A DNA stretch of 64,000 nt from contig NC_090327.1 of NCBI RefSeq assembly GCF_035084215.1, positions 37,200,001 through 37,264,000 of the forward strand, written 5' to 3'. This DNA is from Heptranchias perlo (taxonomy: Eukaryota). This document shows positions 37,761-52,336 of the stretch, one piece after another. The position numbers were made by a program, and so were the translations under genes. The notes beneath the pieces were generated by a model. That model was not told the DNA's origin, ran no database searches, and was given only the letters and a program-made list of their open reading frames with translations. How positions within the stretch are numbered: position 1 is the first letter of the stretch; every line of letters starts with the position of its first letter.

Positions 37761-39119
37761 ACTCACCGCTTGCCTGGACACTCAAGATTGACACCAGGAC
37801 AGAGCACTTCATTTGCTTGTCACCCTTTTCACCAGGCTGAATATCCACCCCCTCCATCACCAGTGCACTGTGGCTGCAGTATGTACAATCTACAGAATGC
37901 ATTGCAACAACTCACCACAGTTACTTTGATAGTATCTCCCTACCCTACAATATCCACCACAGAGAAGGAGAAAAACAGTAAAGTAAAGTGAGGACCATCA
38001 CCTCCAAGTGACTGATTTGGACAAATATTACCATTCCTTCACCATCACTGGATCAATGCCCTGGAATTCCCAACACTATTGTGGGAGAACCACAAGGACT
38101 GCAGCAGTTCAAGAAGGTCCACCACCCCCACCTTCTTAGGGTAACTAGGGAAACTAGTAGGAACAGCAAGTTCTCGCAAAGTTGTAATGCTAGAGGAGGT
38201 TACAGGGATAGGGAGGGACAAGACCATGGAGGGGTTTGAACACATGGGTGAGAATTTTAAATTGGAGACGTTGGAGGACCGGGAGCCAATCGGGGGTGGG
38301 GGATGGGAGACCGGTAATTGGTACAGCCCCCGCAGTTTTCACAGATTTAAAACCCAAGACCATTTTGTCTTCAACTGCCCCAGGATAGTTGGACCAGCTG
38401 CATTGCTTCAGGCACCAGAGGTAGTAGCAATTTTCCACCATGCACTTCTCAATACAGGAAGGAATCACATCCAGATGAACCCAGAATACCAAATGAGGGT
38501 GAACAGAAGGCTATCCAGGCAGGTAGAAAACCTGCTTCGAAGTGGTCATATGGCACTGCACCAAGTCATTTGGCCTGTTCATGATCAAACGGGGAGGGGG
38601 AAGGAAAGAGATTTAATCAAAAAAAGACAATACCAGATAGAGAGACTGATAACATTACAACCAATCAAGTGTGCCACCATTTTTATTGAATGCATTACAA
38701 TAGTTTGCATGGCCGCAGAAACTGCCACCGACCTTTCAAATAAAGTTCTGATCAAGTGGTAGAGCAGGTCGTCCCAGGAACAAGGACCCTTCCCAAAAAA
38801 TTGCATCATTGTTAAAAAGCAAATGACAAATCCAGCCTTGCGACAGCCCGTAATTGTGCATTTAGAACTTCTGGCTTCAAACTTTAATCTCCAGTCGGAT
38901 TTGAAATTGCTTACATGCTCAGGTTACCAAATGTAATTCTACCCACCATTTCAACATTTAGGTTTTTTTTCGAAAGCCTGCCCCCTCGTTTTGGGACTGT
39001 AAAGTAGAGCAGCACAGGTTATGGCTGCCAAGGGTCTAATTAAATAGCCAGCACAATTCAGCCTTCACCAATTCCGTAAGACAGTCTCACAAGTCCCGAC
39101 CCTCAGGTCCATTTAACAG

Positions 39120-39440
39120 GATGCCACAGCAATGTGATAATGACCAGATAATCTGGGGTTTTTAGTGATGTTGGTTGAGGAATAAATATTGACCAGGACA
39201 CCGGGGAGAACTCCTCTGCTCTTCTTTGAAACAGTGCCATCAGATCTTTTACATCCACCTGGGAGGGCAGATGGGGCCTCGGTTTAACCTCTCATCTGAA
39301 AGACGGCACCTTCGACAGTGCAGCACACCCTCATATTGCACTGGAGTGTCAGCCTAGAATTTGTGCTCAAGTCTCTGGAGTGGGGTTTGAACCCACAACT
39401 TTCAGAGGTGAGAGTGCTACCAACTGAGCCACAGCTGATA
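39120..39440 (-). mobile_element. Deu-domain tRNA-SINE (partial)
   Basis: Reverse complement of the head and core of the 42938 copy. Confidence 0.8.
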
Positions 39441-40161
39441 CCTAATATCAAAGAAAAAAAATAGAATTACAGAGCCAGAGGTCGTTGTGATTTAATTGGC
39501 ACTACTTCTAATTCAGGAAGGAATGAAATGGTTGCAAGAGTACAATGGTTGGTTTTAGTCAGAACAGGCAAGCGTCACTTTTGGTGGGGGTGGGGGTGGG
39601 GGGGCGGGGTTGGAGAAACTGCCAGACACAACTGATCAGAACGTATACACCGAGCATTTAAGGAGCAAAAGCAGGGGACAGGCAATAACAAGTTGCTTTT
39701 CTACAGGCCCCCCAACAAGGCATGCTGGATCTTGTGCCATCCAGGATATAGCCATCATTTCTCTTCCAATAGATGAACCATCTCAATTTGATTGCCAAAA
39801 GTTCACATCGAGGTTATTTGCAGAGCGACTGGACAGCCCAAGTTTTTAAAGTCAACATTGAGTGGGAACAACAAAGTGATTAAAGAGATCACACGCACAA
39901 TGCTGGGAATTAAGATAGTGAACTGGCAAACCTTGGGCTTTTAATTTTGTAGCAGGACATGGAAAGGAGCCTCTGAACAATTGGGAGACTCCCAGCATGC
40001 AGATTGGAACACCCACTATTAGGAACAAAATCAAGAGGAATGTATCCTTTAACTTTCAATGCCACTTGGAGAAAGGAAGATAGGATTTGTGAAGCTGTAT
40101 AAGGGAACATTATACATGCGACAATGCCCTGAGCCAGTTCAATTCCACTCAAGGAATCAGA

Positions 40162-41226
<1,065 letters not shown>

Positions 41227-41769
41227 TCAGGTCTTATTAGCCAATGCGAAAAACAAAACACGAACTGATCCATACAAACAGTGCTGTAAATTCTGGTGAT
41301 CAGGAGTGGCAGCGTATTAAGGTTTTATGAGTCTATGGTAGTCTGTAACACTAAGTTTTTACTAATATCACATAGCAAGTTTTTAATCTCACAGGAGCTA
41401 CAAGATTGTGGAGGGAAGGAAAAAGGAGATGCTTTTTAAAAAAAAATTCATTCTTGACATGTGGGCGTCACTGGCAAGGCCGGCATTTATCGCCCATCCC
41501 TAGTTACCCTGAGAAGGTGGTGGTGGGCCTTCTTCTTGAACTGCTGCAGCCCATATGGTATTCATATAGCAGTTTGATACAACTGAGTGGCTTGCTAGGC
41601 CACTTTAGAGCGCAGTTAAGAGTCAACTGTGTTCCTGTGGGATTGGTGTGACATATAGGCCTGACCGGGTAAGCACAGCAGGTTTCATTCCCTATAGGAA
41701 AATAGTGAACCAGTTGGGTTTTCACAACAATCCAACAGCTTCATGGTCACTTTTACTGATACCAGCTTT

Positions 41770-42850
41770 TACAAACATACAAACTAAGAGCAGGAGTAGG
41801 CCATTCGGCCCCTCAAACCTGCTCTGCCATTTGATAAGATCATGGCTGATCTGATTGTGACCTCAACCCTACTTTCCCATCTACCCACTATAACCTTTGA
41901 CTCCCTTGTTAATCAAGAATCTATCTAACTCAGTCTTAACAATATTCAATGACCCTGCCTCCACCGCACTCTGGGGAAGGGAGTTCCACATACTCACGAC
42001 CCTCTTAAATGGGAGACCCCTTATTTTTAAACTGTGGCCCTTAGTTCTAGTCTCTCCCACAAGGGGAAACATCCCCTCAGGATCTTATATGTTTCAATAA
42101 GATCACCTCTAATTCTTCTAAACTCCAATGTATACAGGCCCAACTTGTCCAACCTTAGCTCATAAGATAACCCCCTCATCCCAGGAATCAGTCAAGTGAA
42201 CCTTCTCTGAACCGCCTCTAAAGCAATTATGTCCTTTCTTAAATAAGGAGACCAAAACTGCACACAGTATTCTAGATGTGGTCTCACCAATGCCTCGTAC
42301 AACTGTAGCAAAACATCTCCACTTGTATATTCCATTCCCCTTGCAATAAATGACAACATTCCATTTGCCTTCCTAATCACTTGCTGTACCTGCATACTAA
42401 CTTTTTGTGATTCATGTACTAGGACACCCAGATCCCTCTGTACCTCAGAGTTCTGCAATCTCTCTCCATGTAAATAATATTCTGCTTTTCTATTCCTCCT
42501 GTCAAAGTGAACAAGTTCACATTTTTCCACATTATACTCCATCTGCCAAATTTTTGCCCAATCATTTAACCTATCGATATCTGTTTGCATACTCTTTGGG
42601 GGTGATTTTAAACCCCAAGAACGGGTGGGTTGGGGGAGGTGGGAGTTGAAAATAGTTGTTTTTTTGGGTCGCAACCACAAAATTTTCAGACTTTGCATTC
42701 CAAGTGGGAAGCCTGTACTTTTACGCGCCAACATTAAACGCGGAAATAAAGCCGGGTTGCGGTCGCGACCCAAGAAACATCTATTATCAACTCCCATCCG
42801 CCCCCAACCCACCTGTTCCTGTGGTTTAAAATCACCCCCCTTATGTCCTC
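41770..42850 (-). mobile_element. CR1 LINE 3' portion in the actin B intron, interrupted by a palindromic MITE
   Basis: WQMEYNVEKCELVHF, LVRPHLEYCVQFWSP, and the CR1 tail at about 41775-41880. Confidence 0.85.
42598..42839. mobile_element. About 240-bp fold-back Harbinger-type MITE
   Basis: gggggtgattttaaaccccaagaacgggtgggttggggg ... cccccaacccacctgttcctgtggtttaaaatcaccccc; internal gggtcgc.acc arms are also inverted. Confidence 0.85.
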
Positions 42851-42937
42851 TATTTCCTTTCTTTAAACAAAAAAATGAATTCAAATTCTTAGATTGCCAT
42901 GTTCTCTGGTTTATTAATCCAACAACATAATGTTATT

Positions 42938-43398
42938 GTCAGCTGCAGCTCAGTGGTAGCACTATTGCCTCTGAGTCAGAGGTTTGAGCCCCATTCCGGA
43001 GACTTTAGCACAAAATCTAGGCTAACGCTTCAGTGCAATAGTGAGGGAGTGCTGCACTGTCGAAGGTGTCAGCTTTCAGCTGAGACATTAAACAGAGGCC
43101 CCATCTGCCCTCTGAGGTGAAGGTAAAAGATCCCATGGCACTATTCAAAGAAGAACAGGAGAGTTCTCCCAGTGTCCTGGCCAATATTTATCCCTCAACC
43201 AACATCACTAAAACAGATTATTTGGTCATTTATTTCATTGCTGTTCATGGGATCTTGATGTGTGCAATTGGCAGCTGCATTTCCCTACATTACAACAGTG
43301 ACTACACTTCAAAAGTATTTCATTGGTTATAAAGTGCTTTGGAACTTCCTGAGGTTGTGAAAGGCGCTATATAAATGCAAGTTCTTTCCTTCTTTCTT
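42938..43398 (+). mobile_element. Full-length Deu-domain tRNA-SINE with L2-type tail
   Basis: A box gctcagtggtagca, B-box-like ggtttgagccc, Deu core gtaaaagatcccatggcac, tail aaaggcgctatataaatgcaag(ttct)n. Confidence 0.85.
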
Positions 43399-44475
43399 TA
43401 TAACCACTACACTACTGTACCTATGTTACTCAAACAAAGAGAAACACACACACACACACACACAGAGTTCCACACTCCTGACTACCTTATTATTTGAAGG
43501 TATGTGTTTGAAGCGATTCCACGTTCTTCACCTATTTGAGGCAGTTTGTGCAGAATACAATCATGCCCATCAATATACATATTTTCGGGAGGGGGAAGGA
43601 AAATAAACCCGAAGAAGAGGAGTAGGAAAGTGAAAGATTGAAAGTGTACAATTTTAGCATAATGGTACAAGAAGAGTTTCAGATCCAGATTGAAAAGACT
43701 TGCCTATTTTCCATAGTCACTGAGTTGCTTCAGCTCTGTAAGTGTCCCCTCATCCGAGGAGGCACCACTAATATAGTAATTTAAACACAAGGTCTAACTA
43801 AACTTAAAATTCTAAATCATAACATTATTATTCGTGTCAATTAGACACTCTGTACCTTGCGGTGCCCACAGGTCACCGACGGTGATTTGACTCTAAGCGG
43901 ACCTCCATGCCCAATGGCTCCCCAGTTAGAATTCTGGATTCTGACACTTGCGTACGTTAGAGCTAGTGACCGGAACTATTTTAATTGGACCAAAATGGGT
44001 GGCACTGGGAGCAAATGACCAGGTTCTTAGGAAGGTCAATCTAAGTCTCGGTTTTGAAACTTCTATTTTTGCCTTATTACACACCAAACCTGTAGATGGA
44101 AAATATACACCCCCTTGGCCTACCTTGCACCTTACAGGCACAAGCTAAGCAAATTCCATCTTCCTTACATGGAAACTTCTAACCCCTTGTTCTGTGAAAA
44201 CCAATGCACAGTGGCAATGATGATGGGGGGCTTTCAATTTTTGACCATCATACTTTAGTGTTCTTCACTATAAACACTCCTTTCTTAAACAGGAGAGAGT
44301 GAGAGAGAGAAACAGAGACACACAAAGAAGTTGGGATGTTGACCGCACTCCCTCAAACCTTCATGTTACATGCAGTTTGCTTTCTTGAAGGGTTTATAAG
44401 ATGATAGCAATTAGTGAGTTGGAAAAAACGGAGAGTTAAGAGTTAAAAAAAAAGATCTCTTTAAAAGATTATTTA

Positions 44476-44613
<138 letters not shown>

Positions 44614-45324
44614 TCAGAACCTGCTAGAAATCACTGCAGAGAGAGAGAGAGAGAGAGAAACAATACATCAATACAGAGAGACAACAGTAACTATTTTATA
44701 TTTCCTACTCACAAATCCTCTTACCTTCTATGAGATTAAAATCCGATGCTAAGTCCCTTGCACTCTGAGTGAAGGTATTTATGTGTTTATTGCCCTTCCC
44801 TTCTTAATACTGCACCAGACTCCAGCTCATTGACATCACATGAGGTAGGCACAGGGGGAGGGGGGTAGGAGTTAAAGGTCTAGACTAAATAAAATTGTAT
44901 TTTTTTTATATCTGTATACCTATAAAAATTAAATACATTTACCCTCTATCCTGTTGCTGGTTTAAACCTTTCAACCGGAGGGGGCTATGTTTTTTTGGGG
45001 GGGAGGAGGGGGTGGTTACTGTTATGTTGGCCGAAAGGATCCTCCCCTCCTCACTACTTGCCAAGTACCATCCGCAGTTGGATGACTTCACTGGAGAGCA
45101 AAATCGAGTGAGGTATAAAAAGGGAAGAAGAGTTGAATCCAGCTATTTCTCACTCAGTGAGTTAGGTTAAAATTAACTCCGTAGAAACAGAGAGACTGAG
45201 ACAGAGAAGAACAGAGACAGGGAAATAGAGAAAGAGATAGACACAGGATCAGAAACAGAGAGTAAAATGCATAGACAGAAAGATAGACAAAGGCATAGAA
45301 AGTGAAAGAAAAAGAGAGACTCAA

Positions 45325-45500
45325 NNNNNNNNNNNNNNNNNNNNNNNNNNNNNNNNNNNNNNNNNNNNNNNNNNNNNNNNNNNNNNNNNNNNNNNNNNNN
45401 NNNNNNNNNNNNNNNNNNNNNNNNNNNNNNNNNNNNNNNNNNNNNNNNNNNNNNNNNNNNNNNNNNNNNNNNNNNNNNNNNNNNNNNNNNNNNNNNNNNN
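45325..45500. other. Assembly gap (176 N) inside an AG-rich low-complexity tract (about 45180-45830)
   Basis: Run of N. Confidence 0.99.
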
Positions 45501-47851
45501 NAACAGAAACAGAGACAGAGAGAGTTAGTGAGAGCAGTAGAGAGAGATAATACAGAAAGATAGACAGAAACGAAAGTGAGACAAAGAGAGACAGAATGTG
45601 AAGGAGCTAGAGAGGGAGAGAGATGTAAATATAGAGTGACAAACAAAGAGGAGATACAAAGAGAAAGAGTGAAAGACAGGGAGAGATGGAAAGCAAGATA
45701 GATACAGAAATAAAAACGGTAAATGCTGGCAAAGCATTTCCGGCTTTTATTTCAGATTTCCAGCATCTGCAGCTTTTGTTGAGAGAGCTATAGAGATTGA
45801 GAGAGACAGAAAGAGAGAGAAATCGATTCATATAGGCATGATTTTTACCTGGAGCGGGGATGGGGTGGGGGGATAGATTTTCATGTGGGAATTCCGGAAG
45901 TTAAGTGAGCACACCGGAATTTGCGATCGCAACTTAATTGTAGGCAATTATTTTTGCTTCTGGTTTTTTGCATCTCCAAGCTGCGCAGCAGGCGTACTGC
46001 GCACCCGCATGACACGATCTGAAGTCCACTATTTAAAGGACCAATGTAAGAATGGATTTTGGAGGAGAAAGGAGGAAATAAAGCTATGGGTTCAGAGAGC
46101 AAGGGGCAGCATCCAGGTTCATAGATGCTTCATTTGAAGTACTGCTGGGTACAGTGAGAACCAGGAGGGTTAGGGTTAGGGGAGGGAGATAATTTACCCA
46201 AGTGATGGGAGGAAGAAACCTGGTTTTGCTACCAAGAAGGCATGGCCGGAGGTGGCAGGAGAGGTGAGCAGCAGGAGCACGGTGCCCAGGTCTTGGCTGC
46301 AGTGCAGGAAGCGGTTTAATGACCTAACCAGGTCAGGAAAGGTGAGTACATTTGCTGATTAACCCACACCCTGTGGTGTACAACACCCCCCCTCACTCTG
46401 TCTTGGTAAACCTACTCCATCACAATACTCCTCGCACCCACTTAAGTGTCACCAGCAACCATCTTTCACTTTCTATGCACTTGCTCACCTCCCCATTTAT
46501 GCACCCCCCACTGCCACTCAACCCAATCCTGATGCAATGTGATGCATCTGTCTGATAGTCAGCCTCTGATAGTCAGCCTCACCCAATGCACTGCATCCAT
46601 CGGGTGAATACGGCACCTTCAGTGACTCACAGGTCTGTTCTTTCGCCCATTGTAGGAGAAGAGAGAGCAAAACGCAAGGTTGAGGGAGAAGACTAGAGGT
46701 GGCCAACCTAAATAGTCCAGCTGACTGATGCAGAGGAGGAGACCATGGAGATAAGTGGGATACCTGCATCCCTATCCATCGGAGAAGGAGAGACTGGGAA
46801 ACTGCAGATGCTGGTGACAGAACTTAAACATCTTTCACACATATGATGACTTTATTTTATCAATGACTGAACTATGAGAAACCTGAGTATGGTGATTGGC
46901 AAGATTGCTACTTTGCCAATGACTAATTTAAATTGCTTTCTGTTGACTTCCAGGGCTTTCACTCGTAAAAGAAGAATACGCAGAGATGGATGACATCGAT
47001 TCCTCAGGGGACGTCATTCCTTCTGAGGGTGCACCATCACAGGACATACAGCCATGCACCAGCGCAGGTACTGGCACTTCGGTGGGTCCTGTTAGCCAGT
47101 TAGTTGAGTTGTCACCTGGTGATTCACAACTCACAAGTGAGCACGAGCAGACACTGGTGGTAGGGGCAGCTGTGGAGAGTCCGCGTCGGAGGGCACTCTC
47201 CTCTCCAAGCTCTGCTCAGCTGGACACAGATGCTAAATCCCGGGGGCCATCGTTGAGAATGAGAATGATTGAGGTACAGCTGCACCTTTGCGAGGTACTG
47301 GAAAATGGGCCACGCACACTCTCCACAATAGCGGAGAGGACAGAGGAGTCCAACTCCAACACTAGTAGATTGATGCCGTTGGTAATTGCGAGAATGTCTG
47401 CCTTGGAGAGAGTGGCTTCCAAAGTATGCACAGCCATGGTTGTGGCCGTGCATACTTTGGAAGCCAGCATGTCTGCCACCTTAATCAGAATAACAGATAC
47501 CTTATCCATGGCCTTACAACACGTCACAGATGTGCACCAAGCTGCTGTCCAGCAGAGTGGTGGGAGTGATATGCCACTGGCCCGGGAGAGCAATGATGGC
47601 GAAAGGGAACATGGAAGTGGGAACTCCACTCAAAGCACTCCCACGTCTCACCCATTGCCCCCCCCCCCACCCCAGCCAGTACCCAAAATGCTGCCTCCTC
47701 TCCCAATGGCCGAGTCTGCCCCTGCACAGGTGCAGGTGGAGCAGTCTTTGGCGGAGCCCTCATGGGCTCCAAAACCCAGAGGCCGTAGGCCAAAAGCATC
47801 TCATGGTGTCAGGGCAGGGATCTGGCAGCCTGGGGATGCAACACGTAAAAG

Positions 47852-49737
47852 TGGGGATGTGAGCCTAGTCCCTCTTGTGCTATAGCTGCCTAGACTGGAA
47901 AAAAGGAAGGAATGGGAAGTGTTCAGGGTAGAATCAATAGGGAAGCTAGAGGATGAGGTCCACTTGGGGTACGACAGCCACCCACCGATCCTAATTAAGA
48001 AGGACCAAACTTAGGAAAGCCCCAACACGGAATGTTGTTCTGAAAGGGACGGGGCTTACCTGTGTAGGTGTGACGTAAGAAACCCGGGACGTCCAGCCTG
48101 TGGGTTCACCCTGGATAGTGAATCCCCAGCATGTGGTGTGCACCTTACAAGGTGGGGACCGAATCAGGCCCAGTATGTGTACACGGGTCATGGGGCATAT
48201 TATGTAACTACCAATGCCAAGAAAATGAGGCATGGGAGCCAGGAGTGACCTATTAAGACGCCCACCTTTTGTTTCACGCCAACCGCCCCGATTATATTGG
48301 GCGACCATCGGTTACTCCCGGTAAACATTCACAATGTCACTGAACTTAAGGTAGATTTTCTGGAGCAAGCAGAAGCTTTAAAAGCGGTGACTAATTTTGG
48401 TCATCCACTTCCCCCTCTCTCTTTAAGTCTGAAATCTATCCTGCAGCGGTCATCAATCTCGCAAAGGCATGAGACAAAATAATGATATCAACAATAAATC
48501 CATACAAAAACCAGGAAACCACTCGTAGTGGGAAACAGTATACAAAGTGGGACAACACCCCTGGCTCCAAACCCTCTCAATGTTCATGGTGCTGACACAA
48601 GCCATAATTGTAGTCATAGGGATCATTATGATCTGCTGCCTAAAAAGACTTGTTAAAACACTGAACCACAAAGTGCACATCCTGGAAATGTCCACCCACA
48701 TGAATGTGTTAAATCAATAAGGGATCAATAAGGATATTTCTCCCTCAACGCGGGGAGTTTGTAGGAAAAATAACTTGGAAAGCCTGTTACTATAATAAGA
48801 ATTACTGTGTTGTTAAAATAATAAAGATTGGGTCAAAATCCTGGAACTCCCTACCTAACAGCACAGTGGGAGAACCTTCACCACACGGACTGCAGCGGTT
48901 CAAGAAGGCGGCTCACCACCACCTTCTCAAGGGTAATTAGGGATGGGCAATAAATGCTGGCCTCGCCAGCGATGCCCACATCCCATGAATGAATAAAAAA
49001 AATAAAGATGTACATGATCTCTCTCCCCTCCTGGGACTCTCGGGACGGTGCACAGGTGTCAGATGGCCGAGCTGGCTCAGACTATGGCCCTGGGGGTGGC
49101 CGAAGCTGGTTGAAACCCTGCTGTTTTAAAAAAAACCCACAGCAAGAACTTCTCTGTCTTTTTCCTTGAATGGACGGAGTCTGACGAGACCGCCCTGCCG
49201 AACTCGGCAAGCAAGTGACATATCCAAGGTGATTGAAGCAGGAAGAGACACAATGAGCACAATCCCGAGTGCTTAAGGGATGTCAGACTGCAGATTAATC
49301 TAATCACGGCCCGGCATCAGCTAAACAAGGTACTTAACAAAAGCGACACTATAGGCCAAGGCCTGTACATGAGCAAAGGAACCATGCAGCTGAGGCCCAA
49401 TCGCCGAGCCCAGAGGGATTGTGCATGAGGTGGCCATGCACCCAAAAAGATATAAAAGTATATGCCAGGTTCAGACCACATGGCAGAGAAGGACAACGAT
49501 CCAGGAAGGATGTGAGGAGGTTCCCTAAAGGCCAGAACCAGAACAAGAAAAAGAAGTTAAGGATCCCGAGTCAGCGTGCTCCATCGTCCAAGGGAAAAAC
49601 GGGAAGTAAAGCCTGTATAATACCTGTACGTTACTGTCTTGTTTGTTAAACTATATGGATGCATGTGTTTAATAAATCTTTCTAAGTTGTTTTGAACAAA
49701 TTGGTCTTACTGTCGATTTGTGCCAGTCGCAACCTTA
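47852..49737 (+). mobile_element. Probable solo LTR (ERV- or Gypsy-type)
   Basis: 4-bp direct repeat aaag on both sides; starts TG, ends TA (CA-like); imperfect terminal inverted repeat TGGGGATGTGA / TCGCAACCTTA; TATAAAA at about 49451 and AATAAA at 49671. Confidence 0.6.
48829..49000 (+). mobile_element. Short 5'-truncated family-2 LINE with TSD
   Basis: Family-2 3' end and A tail flanked by the direct repeat aataaagat (48820-48828, 49001-49009). Confidence 0.85.
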
Positions 49738-50809
49738 AAAGTAACGTAAGTAAAATAAGTTTATGCAATTGTAGTTCACCAAGGTGTATGCACAAAGGTG
49801 TTTGAAGAAATGTGATGTTGTTAAGTTTCCTATTTTTTCAGATTGTCACATTAAATGTATTGATTATCACTATTTCCATGTCTTGGCTATTATTGCGTGC
49901 TGAGCTTAAGTCGCCCTTTCATTTGCTTCATGATGAATGCCAATACATGATGGTACCCGTTGGGTGGATGTGCAATGGGTGTTTGCATAGTTGGAGGATT
50001 ATTTTGTGCAAAGTGGCGGGGGGGGGAGTTGGTGGTGGTGGTGGTTGTGCCAGCTAGCCTGAGTATCCCAATGTCTCTCTTTTGCCACTGTTAGTAAGAG
50101 AACTTGTGAGAGATGAGAGCATCCCTGGCATCCTGGGCAGCAATGTGCGCGGCTGGTCTGGCGATGGGTGTCGCATTTTTATATTCCTACTCTTCTTCCT
50201 CATCCTCATCCTCTTCCTCAATGTTGTTGCCATCAGAGCATGATTAACGAGCACCTTCATCCTCCTCCAACTGTAAACCTCTCTGCTGTGCTATGTTGTG
50301 CAGAACGCAGCACACCACGATTATTCTGGACACCCTCGCTGACTGGGCTCCTCCAGTCCTATCCAGGCACCTGAAGGGCATTTTCAACTTGCCTATGCCT
50401 TGCTCACTGACACGCCTGGTGGTCAAGTGGCTCTGGTTGTATTGCTGATGATCTTTGGTGGGGTTCCTCACAGGTGTCATGAGCCATGTTTGCAGTGACT
50501 ATCCCTTGTCTCCAACAAGCCAGCCCTTAAGTCTGTCTCCTGTCTGGAAGAGGTCTAGAATGTTGGACTGGCGCAGAATGAACGCATCATGACAGCTGCC
50601 AGGGAATTTGGTGCACACTTGCATAAATCGCTTCTTGTGGTTACACAACAGCTGTGCATTGAGTGATAGCCCTTTCGATTGATGAAGACTCCTGGCTCAT
50701 GTGGTGGCCCTCGGATTGCTACACGTGCGCAATCGATTGTGCCCCACACCCGTGGAAAGCCAGCCAGAAGGCGAAACCCACCGCCCACTTATTCTGGCCA
50801 TTGTCTGGT

Positions 50810-51250
50810 TCACTAGATTAATTCCTGGGCTGAGGGGGTTGTCCTATGAGGAGAGGTTGAGTAGAATGGGAGTTTAGAAGAATAAGAGATGATCTCGTTG
50901 AAACATACAAGATTCTTAGAGGTTGTTTCCCCCGGCTGGAGAGTCTAGAACCAGAGGACATAGTCGCAGGGGCGGCCATTTAAGACTGAGATGAGGAGGA
51001 ATTTCTTCATGCAGAGGGTTGTGAATCTTTTGAATTCTCTACCCCAGAGGGCTGTGGATGCTGAGTCACTGAATATATTCAAGGCTGAGATGGATAGATT
51101 TTTGGACTCTAGGGGAAATCAAGGGATATGGGGATCGGGCGGGAAAGTGGAGTTGAGGTTAAAGATCAGCCATTATCTGACTGAACGGCAGAGCAGGCTC
51201 GAGGGGCCAGTATGGCCTACTCCTGCTCCTATTTCTTATGTTCTTATGTT
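50810..51250 (+). mobile_element. CR1 3' fragment interrupting the Harbinger transposase
   Basis: MRRNFFMQRVVNL.NSLP; tail (ttcttatg)n. Confidence 0.85.
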
Positions 51251-51431
51251 TTACACTCAGCTCCCCTGTTGTTCCCCAGATCTTTGTTCTGCACCTGCAG
51301 ATCCCAACACAGCACGAAGTGGCTGCCATGGATGGTCATTTTCCTCCTCTTCAGATGTCCTTTCGAATACATCCATTGCGCGCCCATCCTGATCTTGTCA
51401 ATTTGATGGGCTCCAAAGTTTTGCTAAAGCT

Positions 51432-52336
51432 GTCTCAACCCAAGAACCCTCAGTCTCAACCCAAGAACCCTCAGTCTCAACCCAAGAACCCTCAGTCTCA
51501 ACCCAAGAACCCTCAGTCTCAACCCAAGAACCTTCAGTCTCAATGCAAGAACCCTCAGTCTCAACCCAAGAACCCTCAGTCTCAACCCAAGAACCCTCAG
51601 TCTCAACCCAAGAACCCTCAGTCTCAACCCAAGAACCCTCAGTCTCAACGCAAGAACTTTCAGTCTCAATGCAAGAACCCTCAGTCTCAATGCAAGAACC
51701 CTCAGTCTCAACCCAAGAACTTTCAGTCTCAATGCAAGAACCCTCAGTCTCAACCCAAGAACCCTCAGTCTCAACCCAAGAACCTGCAGTCTCAATGCAA
51801 GAACCCTCAGTCTCAACCCAAGAACTTTCAGTCTCAATGCAAGAACCCTCAGTCTCAACCCAAGAACCCTCAGTCTCAACCCAAGAACCCTCAGTCTCAA
51901 CCCAAGAACTTTCAGTCTCAATGCAAGAACCCTCAGTCTCAACCCAAGAACCCTCAGTCTCAACCCAAGAACCCTCAGTCTCAACACAAGAACCTCAGTC
52001 TCAACACAAGAACCCTCAGTCTCAACCCAAGAACTTTCAGTCTCAATGCAAGAACTTTCAGTCTCAATGCAAGAACCCTCAGTCTCAACCCAAGAACCCT
52101 CAGTCTCAACACAAGAACCTCAGTCTCAACACAAGAACCTCAGTCTCAACACAAGAACCCTCAGTCTCAACCCAAGAACCCTCAGTCTCAACCCAAGAAC
52201 CCTCAGTCTCAACGCAAGAACCTCAGTCTCAACACAAGAACCCTCAGTCTCAACCCAAGAACCCTCAGTCTCAACCCAAGAACCCTCAGTCTCAACCCAA
52301 GAACCCTCAGTCTCAACACAAGAACCTCAGTCTCAA
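51432..52336. repeat. 21-bp minisatellite, about 43 copies (cagtctcaacccaagaaccct)
   Basis: Visible array with variants (tgcaag, cttt, 20-bp acaagaacct units); explains the QSQPKNP, SVSTQEP and LRLRVLG ORFs. Confidence 0.97.

Noticed and set aside
38187-38762. 191-aa ORF in partly unique sequence
   Set aside because: Starts in an L2 remnant, has no recognisable motif or splice structure, and may lie in actin B's 3' region on the opposite strand.
42192-42884. 230-aa ORF with a novel N-terminus
   Set aside because: MITE sequence read in frame into CR1 ORF2.
42938-43010. tRNA gene
   Set aside because: tRNA-like head of a SINE that continues into Deu core and LINE tail; no full cloverleaf.
46986-47885. 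299-aa ORF as a host gene or domesticated Myb/SANT gene
   Set aside because: Last exon of the Harbinger accessory gene; upstream exons look degenerate and the end runs into the LTR.
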